From assembly GCF_024521635.1 (NCBI RefSeq), contig NW_026250403.1, positions 248,001 to 312,000 on the forward strand: a stretch of DNA of 64,000 nucleotides. The letters are read 5' to 3'. Position numbers and translations under genes: made by a program. This document shows positions 36,523 through 49,220 of this stretch, piece by piece. The notes beneath the pieces are model-generated. The model was not told the DNA's origin. It ran no database searches and was given only the letters and a program-made list of their open reading frames with translations. The first letter of the stretch is position 1, and the number at the start of each line of letters is the position of its first letter. Origin of the DNA: Tricharina praecox. Taxonomy: Eukaryota.

Positions 36523-38644
36523 ATGAAGGTCCCAGCTATCACCACCAACCCACCACCGAGTTCCGACACCATCAGACCGAAGAAGAGCGGACTCTTCACC
36601 ATGGCGAGCACCACCGACCGACCCACAGTGAAAGGCGCCCCGCAGAACCCCACAACCCCAGTTTTACCTCGCATGAGGGCCGCGACATCTCAACGATCAA
36701 CCACGAACCTAAACTCCGCCAGCAACCTCCACCCCAATATCTCCTCGCGTTCCCCTAAATCTCTAGCACGCAAGACCCGTGCCGAAAGTGTAGCCTCGCC
36801 GGACCCGGCCTACCATCACACCCTGACTCCGCGTGGTTACGCACCCGCCCGACCATCCAGCGCTGCGAGCAACCGCAGCTTCGTGACCGCAACCAGCAAT
36901 AATGCACGGTCGTCGCAGAGCATGTTCTTTCACGCCAGTGAAGTCGGCGGCCCAACGTACACTCCCGCACCCACAACCCAACCTGTCTATACCGCACCCG
37001 CGTCCCAGCCCGTCTATACCGCACCCGCACCCTATGTCGCGGCTACGGTCGCCAGCTCGGGCCCAAAGTTCTTTCACGCCGATGGCGCCTCGCTGGAGGA
37101 TGACTCTGAGCCGTACCGTGCGCCGAGGGCCCCAAGAGGCCTCGGCGCTAGCCCACAGTTAATGACCAATGGCCCGATCCTCACGATGCCTTCTGCGCGA
37201 AATGCCAACCACTCGCCGCCATCCAGCCGACCGGGGTCGACGGTCGGATACCCAGCTTCGCCGCGCCCCTCGTCCGTGATCGGAGGCCCGAGGACGCCCG
37301 CGCTTGCATCCACGGGCATGCCCGAGGGGCGAAGCCGGGTCAAGTTCGTGTATGCAAATGGAGCAGAGGAACTGCTGCCTCCTAGGAAGCCGTCCTCCGA
37401 GATCGGCTCTGTGACGACATCGCCTCAGCTCCCCTCGTCCCCCAGGTTTGGTGATGCACATGTTGCGACACCTTCGCCGACGAAAGTGGCATATCCACTG
37501 TCGCCATTGGCTTCCCCAAGCGGACTACACTCTCCGCCCCAGTATTTCCAGAGACATGCCGCGTATTCGTCGTCGCGGAGGTCGAGTCTGGATCTGAAGG
37601 TGCGGCACAGCCGTAATGCTTCAATCAGCTCGATCATCGATATGTCCGTTCCGATGAAGGAAGAGAATGGCGACGCCGACGATGAGGGCCAGAGTGGAAC
37701 CGGCGAGAGCGGCTCGTCGGGAGAGGATCTCGACGAGGAGGAGGACGAACCCGAGGAGGAAGATCCACCGCCGCCGCCGCCAGCGCCGGCGCCGCCAATG
37801 ACGGCTGCCGAGCGAATCAAAGCAATGGAGGAAAGAGCAGCAAACTCCAGGCGGGAAAGAAAGGTGCAGAATCAGAATTTCGTTATCGGTGCTCTTCTTG
37901 CGACATGACTAACCGTGTACTCAGGTGATGGATTTAGAGATATCCAACGCATCGCTACTGGCGATCAACAAGACCCTGGAACGTGAGATGAGGAAGCAAA
38001 CCGCCCAATTGCGACGCTACAAACGGCTCGCGCGATCCGGAAAACTGACGGCGCCGACGAAATCGAAAAGCCAATCGGGCGGCAGCGCCTCTGGCACCGC
38101 ATCCGAGAGTGAAAACGCCAACGTTACCGATGGGGAGAATTGGGAGGTGGATGACGAGGAAGACGAGGATACCGAGACGGAAGAGTTGTCCGAGGAGGAG
38201 GAGGAGGAGGAGGAGGAAAGCGACTCCAAGTCGGAGGGCACTGCCAACGACGAGAAGCATCGAGAGGGAGACGAAAAGCGGCTCGCCCTGGATCTATCGA
38301 AACACCAGGCGTTGCTGGAATCCTCGGCAAAGATGAACAAGTCGCTCAGAGGATGTCTTCTAGTCACGGATCAGCTGATCAAAGAAGGCAAGAAGGCCTT
38401 GGAATACAAAGTACGGGCGTCGGATGTTCGACTCGGTGGCAGGATTCTACGCGACGAGGAGGACGATTATCTAGACTTGGAGTCGGTCGATGGCGACGGA
38501 CTGACGTCTGATTTCTCGGCGGCGGGCGACACCGAGGCCGAGAACACGGAAGCCGAAGAGACGGAAACGGAAGATGAGGAAGGGTTCCAGGGCCCGTACC
38601 TACGGCCAGAAGAGCTCCGGCCTGTTAGACACACTCTCGTATGA
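36523..38644 (+). CDS. Hypothetical S/P-rich protein with C-terminal coiled coil and acidic tracts (2 exons)
   Basis: Two long ORFs joined in frame by an intron at about 37864-37925 (ERK/VMDLEISNASLLAINKTLERE), with a CTAAC branch site. Confidence 0.85.
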
Positions 38645-39249
38645 CTCGACATATTGTTTTGCTGGAAATAAGGCGTTTTTATTGGAGTATTGTGCTTTTT
38701 TTCTCTCTTTTTTTTCTTCTTCTGCTTGTTCCGGAACGGGTTTGTTTTACAGGAATGAAGGTTGGCTGGACTGGGGGATGCGATGTGGGGACAAGGAAAG
38801 AGCGACGTTTGATATCGTTTGTGATTCAGGATTGGGGGCTAGATAGTGGGGGGCATTGGGTTGATTGATTGACTTGACTTCGCACCTCAACCTTTGGTTT
38901 TATTTCTGTTTGCTTTCTACTTGTTCTCCTCTTTTCTCCACTTGCTCTTCTGTTGTTTTTTGCCTTGTTGTGTTTGTGTCGTCGGCGGCCATGTAGTTTT
39001 CCGGGTACAAGTTGGTCTATTTTGCTTTTTGTTTGTTTGTTCATACCCTTCTGTTTTGTAATGCTGTCTTGCCCACCGGGTTCACTCATACTCACACTCA
39101 CATACACATACACATACACATGCACATAAACACGCACAAAATACCATGGAGCTACTTATGATTCCCAAGCTGTCAATTTTGATTGACAGAAGCAAATCGT
39201 CGTCCTGTATAATATATTCTACAATCTGCCAACCCTCAGCACGGCTAGC

Positions 39250-39954
39250 TCACGGCTTCTCCTTCGCCGCCGCTGCCGCCGCCTCCTGCTCCTCCTTCAT
39301 CTGTTTCTCCGCCTCTAACCTCCTAGCCGAAAGCTTCTTCGCCCTCTCGATCAACTATGCCATCCCCACATTAGCCCCCCATTCTCCCAGCACCCCCTCC
39401 TCTCCCCCCTCCTAAGAGCAGCACTCACCTCCCGATCCTCCCGATCCCTAACCTCCAACTCCCTTATCCACGCCTGCTGCTTCTCCTTCGACTTGCGCTC
39501 GGCAATAGTCGCATCCCGCGACTTCTCCTTCTCGCGCTGCTCCTGGTAGTAGTAGCTGCCGCCCACCATCGCCACCAGCGTGAACCCCTGCGCGTATATC
39601 CGCGCCCGGAACATCTTGTTCGTCTGCTCCTTGTTCCCGGACCGGATCGAGCGTGTGGCCTTGTAGAGGGCGAAACAGGTTAGTGCACAGCCTGTGGGGG
39701 GTTAGCTAGCTGGATTGGGAGGTAAGTGGGGAGGGGAAGGGGAATGGCTTGTTGGGAAGGGAGGTGGGGAGGACAGACCCAAAGGGATCAAGGGCTCCTC
39801 CTTCAGCCGCCGGCCGAGCTTTGCGAGCCGGTTTTCTTCGTAGAAGTCGCTGTGCGTGGACTGGGTTAGCGTTTGCTAGCATTGAGTTGAGGTGAGGTAG
39901 ACTGGGGACGTACGGGTCATCGTCGAACGACGAAGGGAGCGGGCGGCCGGACAT
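39250..39954 (-). CDS. RCF1: Respiratory supercomplex factor 1 (HIG1 domain), 4 exons
   Basis: MSGRPLPSSFDDDPDF...RRLKEEPLIPLGCALT...NKMFRARIYAQGFT...AWIRELEVRDREDRE. Confidence 0.92.
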
Positions 39955-40474
39955 CGTGGATGGTTGCTACGGGTGGTGAGCGGGGTGGAGTGGTGGAGTG
40001 GCGGGGTGTTTGGTGGGATGTTGGCGGGATGAAGGGGAGCTGTGGAATGTGGATGCGGATGTGGCGTGGAGTCGTGTCGGGATGTTTCCGACAGTCATGT
40101 AAAGCATGTACAGACGTCACCACTCCACGACCCGGGAGAGTATGACAAATACACCGAAATGGTTAAACACGGTCACGGGTTCTACACTCTGGCGCGTGTG
40201 TTTGATACATACCGGGCCGATATTCACATGAAATTCGACCATTCAAAACGATCGTCTTTGAATGATCTCTCGTGTGTTCCTGCGCCAGCCTCCGGAGGCA
40301 AGCGCGATAGGGTGAACTGAATAAAACGATAAGCGAGCAAGCGAGCACCACCCCACCACGCAGAAGCACCCCTCCCCGCAAAATTCTTTCCTTTGGTGGG
40401 GCAATCATTCGAGCTGTTTATTTACGACCCTCGCATCCACAGCTACCTTCGACACACCGCGACAACAACCAACA

Positions 40475-42438
40475 ATGGCGACCGCACCCACGACCGGAGC
40501 TCTGACTGACTACAGCTCCACGGTCGCGGACCTGCCCCGTGAGCGCACCGCGGTCTCCATGAACCTTCCGGATGGCACTCCAGATGTGAGTGGAATGCCC
40601 AAAGCTAATTCGAGCAGCGTGGGGGAGAGTGGAATTGACCGGGATGTGTGTGGAAATCTAGTACCTGCGGCTCATCCTGACGTCGCGGATCTACGACGTT
40701 CTCAAGGAGACTCCTGTGACCTCGGCGGTGAACCTGAGCGGAAAGCTGGGCTACAAGGTGCTGCTGAAGCGCGAGGATCTGCAGCCCGTGTTCAGCTTCA
40801 AGGTGCGCGGCGCATACAACAAGATGGCGCACTTGCCGGTCGAGGAGCGGTGGAAGGGTGTTGTTGCGTGTTCTGCTGGTGAGTGATGGCGCTCTTGAAT
40901 GCGCACGATGGGGATGGGGTGTTGAGTGGGTGTGTGACCTAGGCAACCACGCGCAGGGAGTCGCCTTCTCGGCAAAACACCTCGGCATTCCGGCGACTAT
41001 CGTGATGCCGCTCGGCACCCCGACCATCAAGCATCAGAATGTTAGTCGGCTCGGCGGAAGGGTCATCCTCTATGGCCAGGACTTCGACTCGGCGAAGGAG
41101 GAGTGCAAGCGCCTCGAGATCAAGCACGGACTGACGAATATCCCGCCGTTCGACGACCCCTATGTCATCGCTGGCCAGGGTACCATAGGCATGGAGCTGC
41201 TGAGACAGTGTAACATTGCGGATTTGGAGGCGGTGTTTTGCTGTGTTGGTGGTGGAGGCTTGATTGCCGGCATTGCGGTGTATCTGAAGCGCGTGGCGCC
41301 GCATGTCAAGATTATTGGTGTGGAGACATACGATGCGAACGCTATGGTCCAGTCACTGAAGGAGGGCACGAGAGTTACACTTCAAGAGGTTGGTTTGTTT
41401 GCAGACGGTGCGGCGGTGAAGGTCGTGGGAGAGGAGACGTTTAGGCTGTGCAAGGAGCATGTGGATGAGGTTATTCAGGTCACGACAGACGAGACCTGTG
41501 CAGCCATCAAAGATGTGTTCCTAGGTAAGCCACCACCCCCGTCTCGCTCGGGGCTCGACTTCTGATAGTATATATAGACACACGATCCATTGTCGAGCCT
41601 GCTGGCGCCCTGGCCCTTGCTGGTCTCAAGAAGTACGCCACTCGGCATCAGCCGTCGAGCCCCAGCTCCTCCCTCTGCGCCATCCTCTCGGGCGCCAATA
41701 TGGATTTCGACCGCCTGCGGTTCGTCGCCGAGCGTGCCCGATTGGGAGAAGGCAACGAAGTGCTCCTTTCCGTGATCGTTCCAGACCAGCCCAAGGTCTT
41801 CAATTCGATGATGCAGTGCATCCTTCCGCGACCAGTCACGGAGTTCTCTTACCGTTTCGGCGATCCGGACAAAGCCGTGATCTTTATGTCTATCCTTGTG
41901 CAGGATAGAGATACGGAGATCCCACAAATCCTCGGGTCTTTCCAAAAGAAGGGATTCGTCGGTCATGATATCAGCGAAAATGAGCTAGCTAAATCTCATG
42001 CGAGATACCTCGTTGGTGGGAGGTTGCCCGATGCCATCACGGTGGAAGAACGCCTGTATAGATTCGGTAGGGACAGTTGTCCCTAGGTGAGAAATGGCTG
42101 GCTGACGTTGTCTAGAATTTCCCGAGAGACCAGGTGCGCTCGGAAAGTTCTTGGAGCTGCTGAACCCTGAATTCAACATTTCTCTGTTCCACTACCGCAA
42201 CCACGGAGGAGGTGAGCTCTAACCCTTCCTTAGCTACGGACAGGACTGACTCCAATACACAGATGTCGGAAAGGTGCTGGTCGGCATCCAAGTACCTCCT
42301 GGAAAGAAGGCAGACCTCGAGATGTTCCTTTCTGAACTGGGATACCCCTTCGTAGACGAGACGCAAAATTTGGTATATAGAAACTACCTATTGCCGTCTT
42401 CGACAGCGGCAGCGGCGGATGGAAAACATGAGGAATAG
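40475..42438 (+). CDS. ILV1: Biosynthetic threonine dehydratase (deaminase), 6 exons
   Basis: PLP-lysine motif [64 protein letters not shown]; regulatory [10 protein letters not shown] and [10 protein letters not shown]. Confidence 0.97.
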
Positions 42439-42731
42439 ATATCACCGAATAGAGCAATAAACTGGGATAGAGTCGAGGTGTGGGTTTTTTGTATGATTAT
42501 TGCACGGGGCGCACAAAAGAATGAATTTGATTTGGCGTCGCAGTACCGTAAGCTGTCGCTACATTTGACGACTTTCGTGCAACGTTGGCTAAACACCCGG
42601 CGGTAGCCGCGTTGGGCCTGGGTCGGGTGGAGCTGTCAGAATGTCTTGGAGCTGTCGCGTCATTCCTCCCACCTCGACATTCCAACTTTCAGTCAACTAC
42701 ACAGCAAATCCTCAATCTCCTCAGCATCGCA

Positions 42732-44600
42732 ATGGGACACTCCCAATCTGCCGAGGCCCGGAAGCTTTCAGCAGGTGGTTTCTGTCTTGGATGTCATTGC
42801 ATGGCAGCCTTCCCTTCCAGTGTAGCACAGTCCGCTGACGTATTCCCCCGGCAACCGCAGAGGAGCTGTCCTCGCTCCTCGCCTCCAAATTCGCCCACAA
42901 ATGTTTCCACCCCCTGGAGCTGTACAGCTTCAAGGACAATTTCAAGTCACTGGCCGAGGTGCAAGACGGAACGCTGTACTGGAGCGAGGACACGCTGATC
43001 CGGTTCCTGGCGCTGCCGCCGGACGTCGGCAGTGTCATCTTCCAGCTTACGTCGTACCTGGCCGCATTTCCGTTCCCGAGCCTGGCCCCCGCGATCCTGG
43101 ATTTTGAGGGCCTGGTCAAGGTCGTGGCCATCGTAACGGGAAGGCATAGGAAGGTTATGCGCAGGAAGGTCGAGGTGCTGAAGTTGTTATTTCGAGCGCT
43201 GGCGGTGCATGAGAGGGTGCTGGATAAGCCGGACGGGCAAGATGATGATGTGGGAGGGGACTCGGTGGTCGTCTACGACTCGGACGATTCCGAGGACCTG
43301 TCGCTGGCGGCTCTGGATGCGCTAGATGCGATCGATGTGTACAACGAGTCTGAGAAGCCTCTGAATAGAGTGCGTGCGCGGATTCCCGTCGAGAACCTGC
43401 GGAGGCTCGTGGGTTTCCTGATCGCTATCGCGCCATTGGAGCAGAATCAATTGCTGGCGGAGTTTGCGCCGCGGTTTGGCGAAGAGGAGGGCGAGGGGCT
43501 AAGACGGACGGCGGAGTGTGTGCTCCGAGCTTTCGGCGGCGGGGAAGGGGTGTGCTATCGCAAGTTTAGGGATACAGTGAGAGGAAGCATGCCATACCTC
43601 TTCTCGCAGGGACTGCCGGCGCTGTATAATCACTTCCTCTTCAGCAAGAATGTGGACGGACATCAACCGTCCGATGCTGCCACGGCGATAGCACGTGAGC
43701 CGCTACTGCTTGGAGAAGGTGAGATCATGACGCTCGACGTATTGAGCCAGCTGTCCCTTTTTATAAAGGGCGAGCGCCTATGGCGAAGAGTTCGTCCGCT
43801 CTACACCGGCAGCGAAGACGGCTTCTCGATGGGCAGCTTCGAGACCAAGGTGCTGAAATGGAGCGCCCCGACAATCCTCCTGGTCAGCGGCCGACTTATC
43901 ACCTCGGACCCCGCGGCAGCCAACGCCCGTGAACGCGCCTTCACCAACCTCCTTCCACCACGCCGGCTCCCCTCCAGCAGCACAACCGAAGACGCAGCAG
44001 TAACCTACGGCGTGTTCATGGAAACGCCCTGGAAACACGCGCACAAAGAGTGTTTTGGCGACCCCAATACGTTGTTATTCCAGCTCTCGCCAGTGCACCG
44101 GGTATTCCGTGCATCGACACAATCCCGCGACTACGCCTACTTCAACCGCGACGACGGTGTCGGCTTCGGCACACCCCCACAGGGCTGGAAAAATCACCAT
44201 CGCCCGTCGCCTTACTTCAATACCGGGCCGATATCACTCGTCCTGGATCACGCCTTGGAGTTTGGCGTGTTTACGTGTGCGGGTGGTGGCGGTGCATTTT
44301 TGGCCGGTGAGGAGGGGGAGGGGTGGCAGGATCGGTTTGAGGTCGATGCTATCGAGGTTTGGGGGTGCGGCGGGGAGAGTGAAGTTGAGGCGCAGAGGAA
44401 GGCGTGGCAGTGGGAGGAGCGCGAGGCGCTGCTGAGAAGGCAGATCAATCTTGGGAAGGATATTGAGGCAGATAGGGTGAGTCTACTTCTTTATACCGAA
44501 GGGAGAGGGAGAAGGAGAGTGGCTAATGCGCGGTTGGTCACAGGCGTTACTCGAGATGGCTGGACTGGTGGGACAGAATAGGAGTGGAGGTAGCATCTGA
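42732..44600 (+). CDS. RTC5: TLDc-domain protein, Rtc5-like (3 exons)
   Basis: MGHSQS myristoylation-type start; LYTGSEDGFSMGSFETKVLKWSAPTILLVSG; LFQLSPVH; IEVWGCG; WQWEEREALLRR; ALLEMAGLVG...SGGS. Confidence 0.88.
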
Positions 44601-45337
44601 TCGTATTCCGTATACCTAGCCGTACGAGCAGCTGCAGGCACCCGTAATCCAGATCTTAAGTTGGACACACTGGCTCGGAGCGGCGCGGTGTACATTGTGG
44701 CCGACACAGGCATACGCGCCGGTGGACTTTTTTGGGTTCAGTTCGTTGCGCTGTTAACATGTGTACACATACCATGTACCTTTATATTACTCTAATATCA
44801 CGTGTACACTACCAAAGAAAGCTTCCTATGCGATAGAGATCTCATTCAAGGCACCGTCCATATGAGCAGCATCTATGCGGCACGAGGAAGCCTATTATCT
44901 TACCAGCTTTCCTGGTTGCTCTGAAGCTACTACTTAGTACAGGCCGTCCCTTCTAGCTAGTGCTTGGAAGGGTCGTTAGTTAGAGGCAATCACTGGATAT
45001 CACCCGCACGAAAGTTGCGGGTTTAGTTTTTCACGATCGGAGGGGGGGATCGATTATGATTCCATAGCAAGCTCTAGAAATTGCTCCGTGGGTGTATTAT
45101 ACTACAGAGTCTGCATGCCGTGATGGATCAGGATCCGAGTCCACACGCACAGGGTATCATTCGCCGATGCCACCAATCTTACCCGGAAAGGGCGTTAGCT
45201 ACTATTAGTAGCACAAGCATTCACCCCACCTCGCCGTTCGCACGCTCGCCGCCGCACCCCCGAACCCACACCTTTCCGCCACCACCACAACCACCACACC
45301 CAATCGCACTTCACCTTCGCGCCACATCACCGCAACA

Positions 45338-46049
45338 ATGGGCTGGTTCTGGAACACCCCGTCGGACAGCGCCAAGGACACGACATTCAGCCACCTTTCG
45401 CCGGAGGCGCGAGCGTTCCTCGAAAAGGAAGCGCCGATTAAGCCGTCGACGTCTCAGGCTGGGTCCTCCAGCCCCACCTCCTCCCCCAGCGCCGCCAAAG
45501 AAGTGGATCCGACCGCGTTCTCCGCCTACGGCCCCAAGTACTCCGACATCTGGGCGCAGTACCGGCCGCTGGGAGTGGTCGAGGCGGAGGCGAAGACGCC
45601 GCAGATGGCGGTCGAGGATGTGTACACGTCCTACAAGGAGCGCCAGGCGGGCATTGGGAGGGCTGCACTCGAGAATTGTGTTTTCGAGCAGGCGGCCCTC
45701 CATGATTGCTATGGCAACGGGCAGCTACGGAGTCTGGTCGGGTGCAGGGGCGAGAGCAGGACGCTCGATAGTTGCTACAAGAGTCAGCAGGTATGTTATG
45801 TTTGCGTGCAGGATGAGAGGGAGGAGGGAGGATGGGCTAATGCGCGGTGCGCGAGGATAGGCGTTCCTGAAGCAGCTGGGTTACCTGAGTGATGCGAATA
45901 GAAGTCCGGAGGTCGACGAGAAGATACAGATGCACGCGGACAAGCTGTACCGGGAGCAGGTGAAGCGCGAGGCACAGATTGAGGCGAATGCGGCGGCTGG
46001 AAGGCCATTGGATTCCCCCTCACCTGACGGAGAGAAGCCGCTGTCGTAG
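45338..46049 (+). CDS. Small protein with twin CX9C motif (2 exons)
   Basis: MGWFW start; C-VFEQAALHD-C and C-RGESRTLDS-C; intron 45791-45860 continues in frame as AFLKQLGYL...IQMHADKLY. Confidence 0.85.
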
Positions 46050-46532
46050 ACCTTAGCTCTGGCTGGATGAAAGTTGGGTTTTGTAACATAATTCGGGCGT
46101 AATATTTTTTGAAAAGGAGTTGTCAACAGCCGGTGGGAACAAAGTGTATTATTATCATATATCATTTTACCAGTTTGCTTCAGCTACTCTATCTTAGTAT
46201 GAGAATGTTGGAAATGAAACGAGTCGACGTGCCCCATCGCCCAGGGCACCCGTCAGAGGATTTCCGTATAGTATCAATCTAGGAACGCGCCATGCGCCCC
46301 CCGCAGATGGAAACCGCGGGAGTGAGCTTGAATAAAGCAGATAATAGCGTTCCCGTAGCAGCATATAGCTAAGAATGTTCGCGAAAGCAGATGGATACTG
46401 TTAGTGAGTGCACATGGGGCAACTATCAAAGAAGGGGTGAGAATAGGGAGCGCGAAAAAGAATGGGGGATCTCCATATCTGAAGAATGTGAGAAAATATT
46501 ATCTCGCGAGATGCTATGTAAGTATCTAGTAT

Positions 46533-48672
46533 TTATTTAGGATCAAGCCCCTTCAATCGCGCCGCTTTGAACCGGCTGATCTTGACCTTCTCGCCGTCCT
46601 GATCAAGCGGAATGATGGCTTGCTCCTCCTCCGTCGGCATAAACCCTCCCTGTCGGTGCATCATCTTTGACCGCAGCTTGTGAAACTCCATCGCGACTTC
46701 CTGACGATGTATTGTTGGGTCGAGGTCAGATGGGGCTCGCACCTTGGAGGAAATGGTTGGCGGCGCGCGCTCAAGGACGGAGTTGGACATTATGCCCTGT
46801 GGTCCTTCTTCCATTTCTTCCTTCTCCTTTTCGGCGGCCTTAGCCGCCTTGAAGCGGGACATCTTCTTGGGCGCCAGACTAGGCGGTTGAACTGGTGCCA
46901 CTGGGGCACCTGGAGCACGCTCCATAACGGAATCACTGATCGTAGATGAGGAAACCACTTTCTCCTTCACCGTCTCAACCACTGGTGCTGTCGGCTTCGG
47001 TTTTTCAACCGGTTCCTTCGCTGGTTCCTGGGGCACTTCGACTTGTCGCAGTGGCGAGGGTGCCAACTTCTCCTTTTTGAAGAGGGACACTTTTGATTTC
47101 GGCTTCTCGACAGACGGCACCACTGGGATTGGCACCGGAGCAACAGGGCCAGCGTTGGAAATCTCCTGTCTCTCCAGAAGTTTTTCAAGGAACGGCAGGG
47201 CATCTTCCTCGTCGGGCGCGAAGTCGATCTCATCCGGCTGGGCCATGACCACAGCAGGTTTTGGAGCCGACGCTGGAGCAATATCAAGCTCTTCCGTAAA
47301 GCGAACGCCTTTCTTCCCATTTGTGGATTTCTTGCTCGTCTCAGCAGTCGCTGGTTGCGTAGGCTGCTGTTTCATGGGCACAGCTGTCGGTCCAGGCCTA
47401 GGTATTTTTCCAGTTAACCGCTTCTCGAGCTCTTCCATCTCCCTCCGATAATTGTCGCTGACGACTTGGCGAGTAGTCCGGCCGTACTTATCCTCGTCAT
47501 CCGTATCATCGCCCTCAGTGTGTTCCCCGTCGTCATCATCATCAGAGTAATCCTCGTAGCCATAGTAGTCGCCGTCCTCTTCAAGGTTGAGTTCGGCCAC
47601 CACCGCGCCAATCTCCTCCATGTTGTACTTCAGCATCTCTCGGCGGAGCTTGGTCTCCTCTTCGCTCTCTCCGGGAATTGCCTTGACCCAGTCCTCCTCT
47701 TTGGGCTCTTCAGGGTCGTCGATGACGCGCACATATCCGCCACCCTCTTCCTCTTGGTCGATATCGTCATCGGCAGGCGTCGACTGAGGTTGCTTTTCTG
47801 TGGGAGCCATAGTCGGTTTAGTCTCCGGGGCCTTTGCGCTGGCCTTCTTCGCTTCCTCCTTCCGGATTTTTTCAGCTTCGGTCATCAGCTTCCCCAGCTC
47901 CAACAACTCCTTAGGATCCAGCGACCTCGATGCCGCTTCAGGGTTCTTCCCGTTGACCCAAGCGTCTACCGGGGCGTCAGCACATCTCCTCTTAGGCAGG
48001 CTAGAGAACAGCAACATACTCAGGACGTTCCCCTCATCATCCAGTTCCTCCTGAATATCCATGACGGCCAGGCCCTCCTCCGTTTTCGCCTCCGGCTCGC
48101 TCACGAGGAGGGTATGCGCAATTTTCTCCTCCGTCGCATCGACCTGCGTTTGGAGCTTCTTGATATTCTCGTCGACATCTAACCCTCAGCCACGTTAGCA
48201 CAACGTTGATCGACCCCCTCCCACGTCGCGGTATCGAATACGGCGTACACTCAATCCTATGTCCCACCGCGACAACGACCTGATCCCGCGTGCGCTTGAT
48301 GCCGACTTTATCACCGAGCAGTCCTTTGATCTCGCGGTCGTCGACCAGCTCGCCCTCGATTTCTAATCCGACCGCAAACTACCCAAGATGCCATCAGTCT
48401 CCCATCCTCTCTCCCGTCCTCTTCCTCCTCCCTTCCCCCCCTACATACACACGCAAACATCGTGCCCAAATAATCCTCAACTAAGCCAAGCAGGTGGTTG
48501 TGCTCACCATTTCATCACGCGACGCGCCGGCAGGCAGCGCCAGTAGCTCTTCGCGGAACGCTTCGTATTCGAACGAGTAGATGCGCCAGTTATCGAGGGC
48601 CTTGCGGAGTTTTGCGAGGGTGCCTTCGAGGCGGAGGCGGTGCGCCTCGAGCGTGGATGGGAGAGTTGTCAT
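46533..48672 (-). CDS. BUD27: Bud27/URI unconventional prefoldin-like protein (4 exons)
   Basis: N-terminal prefoldin-like coiled coil (KLRKALDNWRIYSFEYEAFREE); MDIQEELDDEGNV; acidic DEDKYGR; KKGVRF; repeated KxSxFK motifs ending KISRFKAARL. Confidence 0.85.
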
Positions 48673-49220
48673 TGTGGTGTGGTGGGTGTTGTGGTGTGGT
48701 GGGTGGTGTGGTGGGTGGTGGGTGTTGGGTGTTGGGAGATGTTATGGTGAGGTGGTGAGGTGACGGGAGTTAGTCTTAAATTGTGGGAAAAGTTTGTGTG
48801 GTGGGTGTCCGGTGCCCCCGGTCAACGGATAACGAGTGTCGACGAGCTAGAATAGCAACTAGCGAGCGAAGTGAGGCTTGAGGCTTGAGCACCTTGACCC
48901 TCTGAGAGTAAGAGGCAACCAATATGATACTGCGAGTAGAGTACCTATTGAGAATAACTACAGTAGGATTCTCCTAATCCCCCAAAATTTCCCACTACAT
49001 ACTAAGTATAGTAGATACGATCACCAATATTTGCCTATACAACTGGGTATACACCCCATCCCTCCTCCTCCTCGTCCTCCTCCGCTATATCAAAAAAGAA
49101 AAGAATAAGAAAACAGCCGTTAGATCATCCAGAACAAAGGGAATAAAATGGTGCAATAGAAATGAGTTACAAAAGCGCGCTCCAAATGATCCAAAAACAC
49201 ACAGATGAACCCAAAATCCA

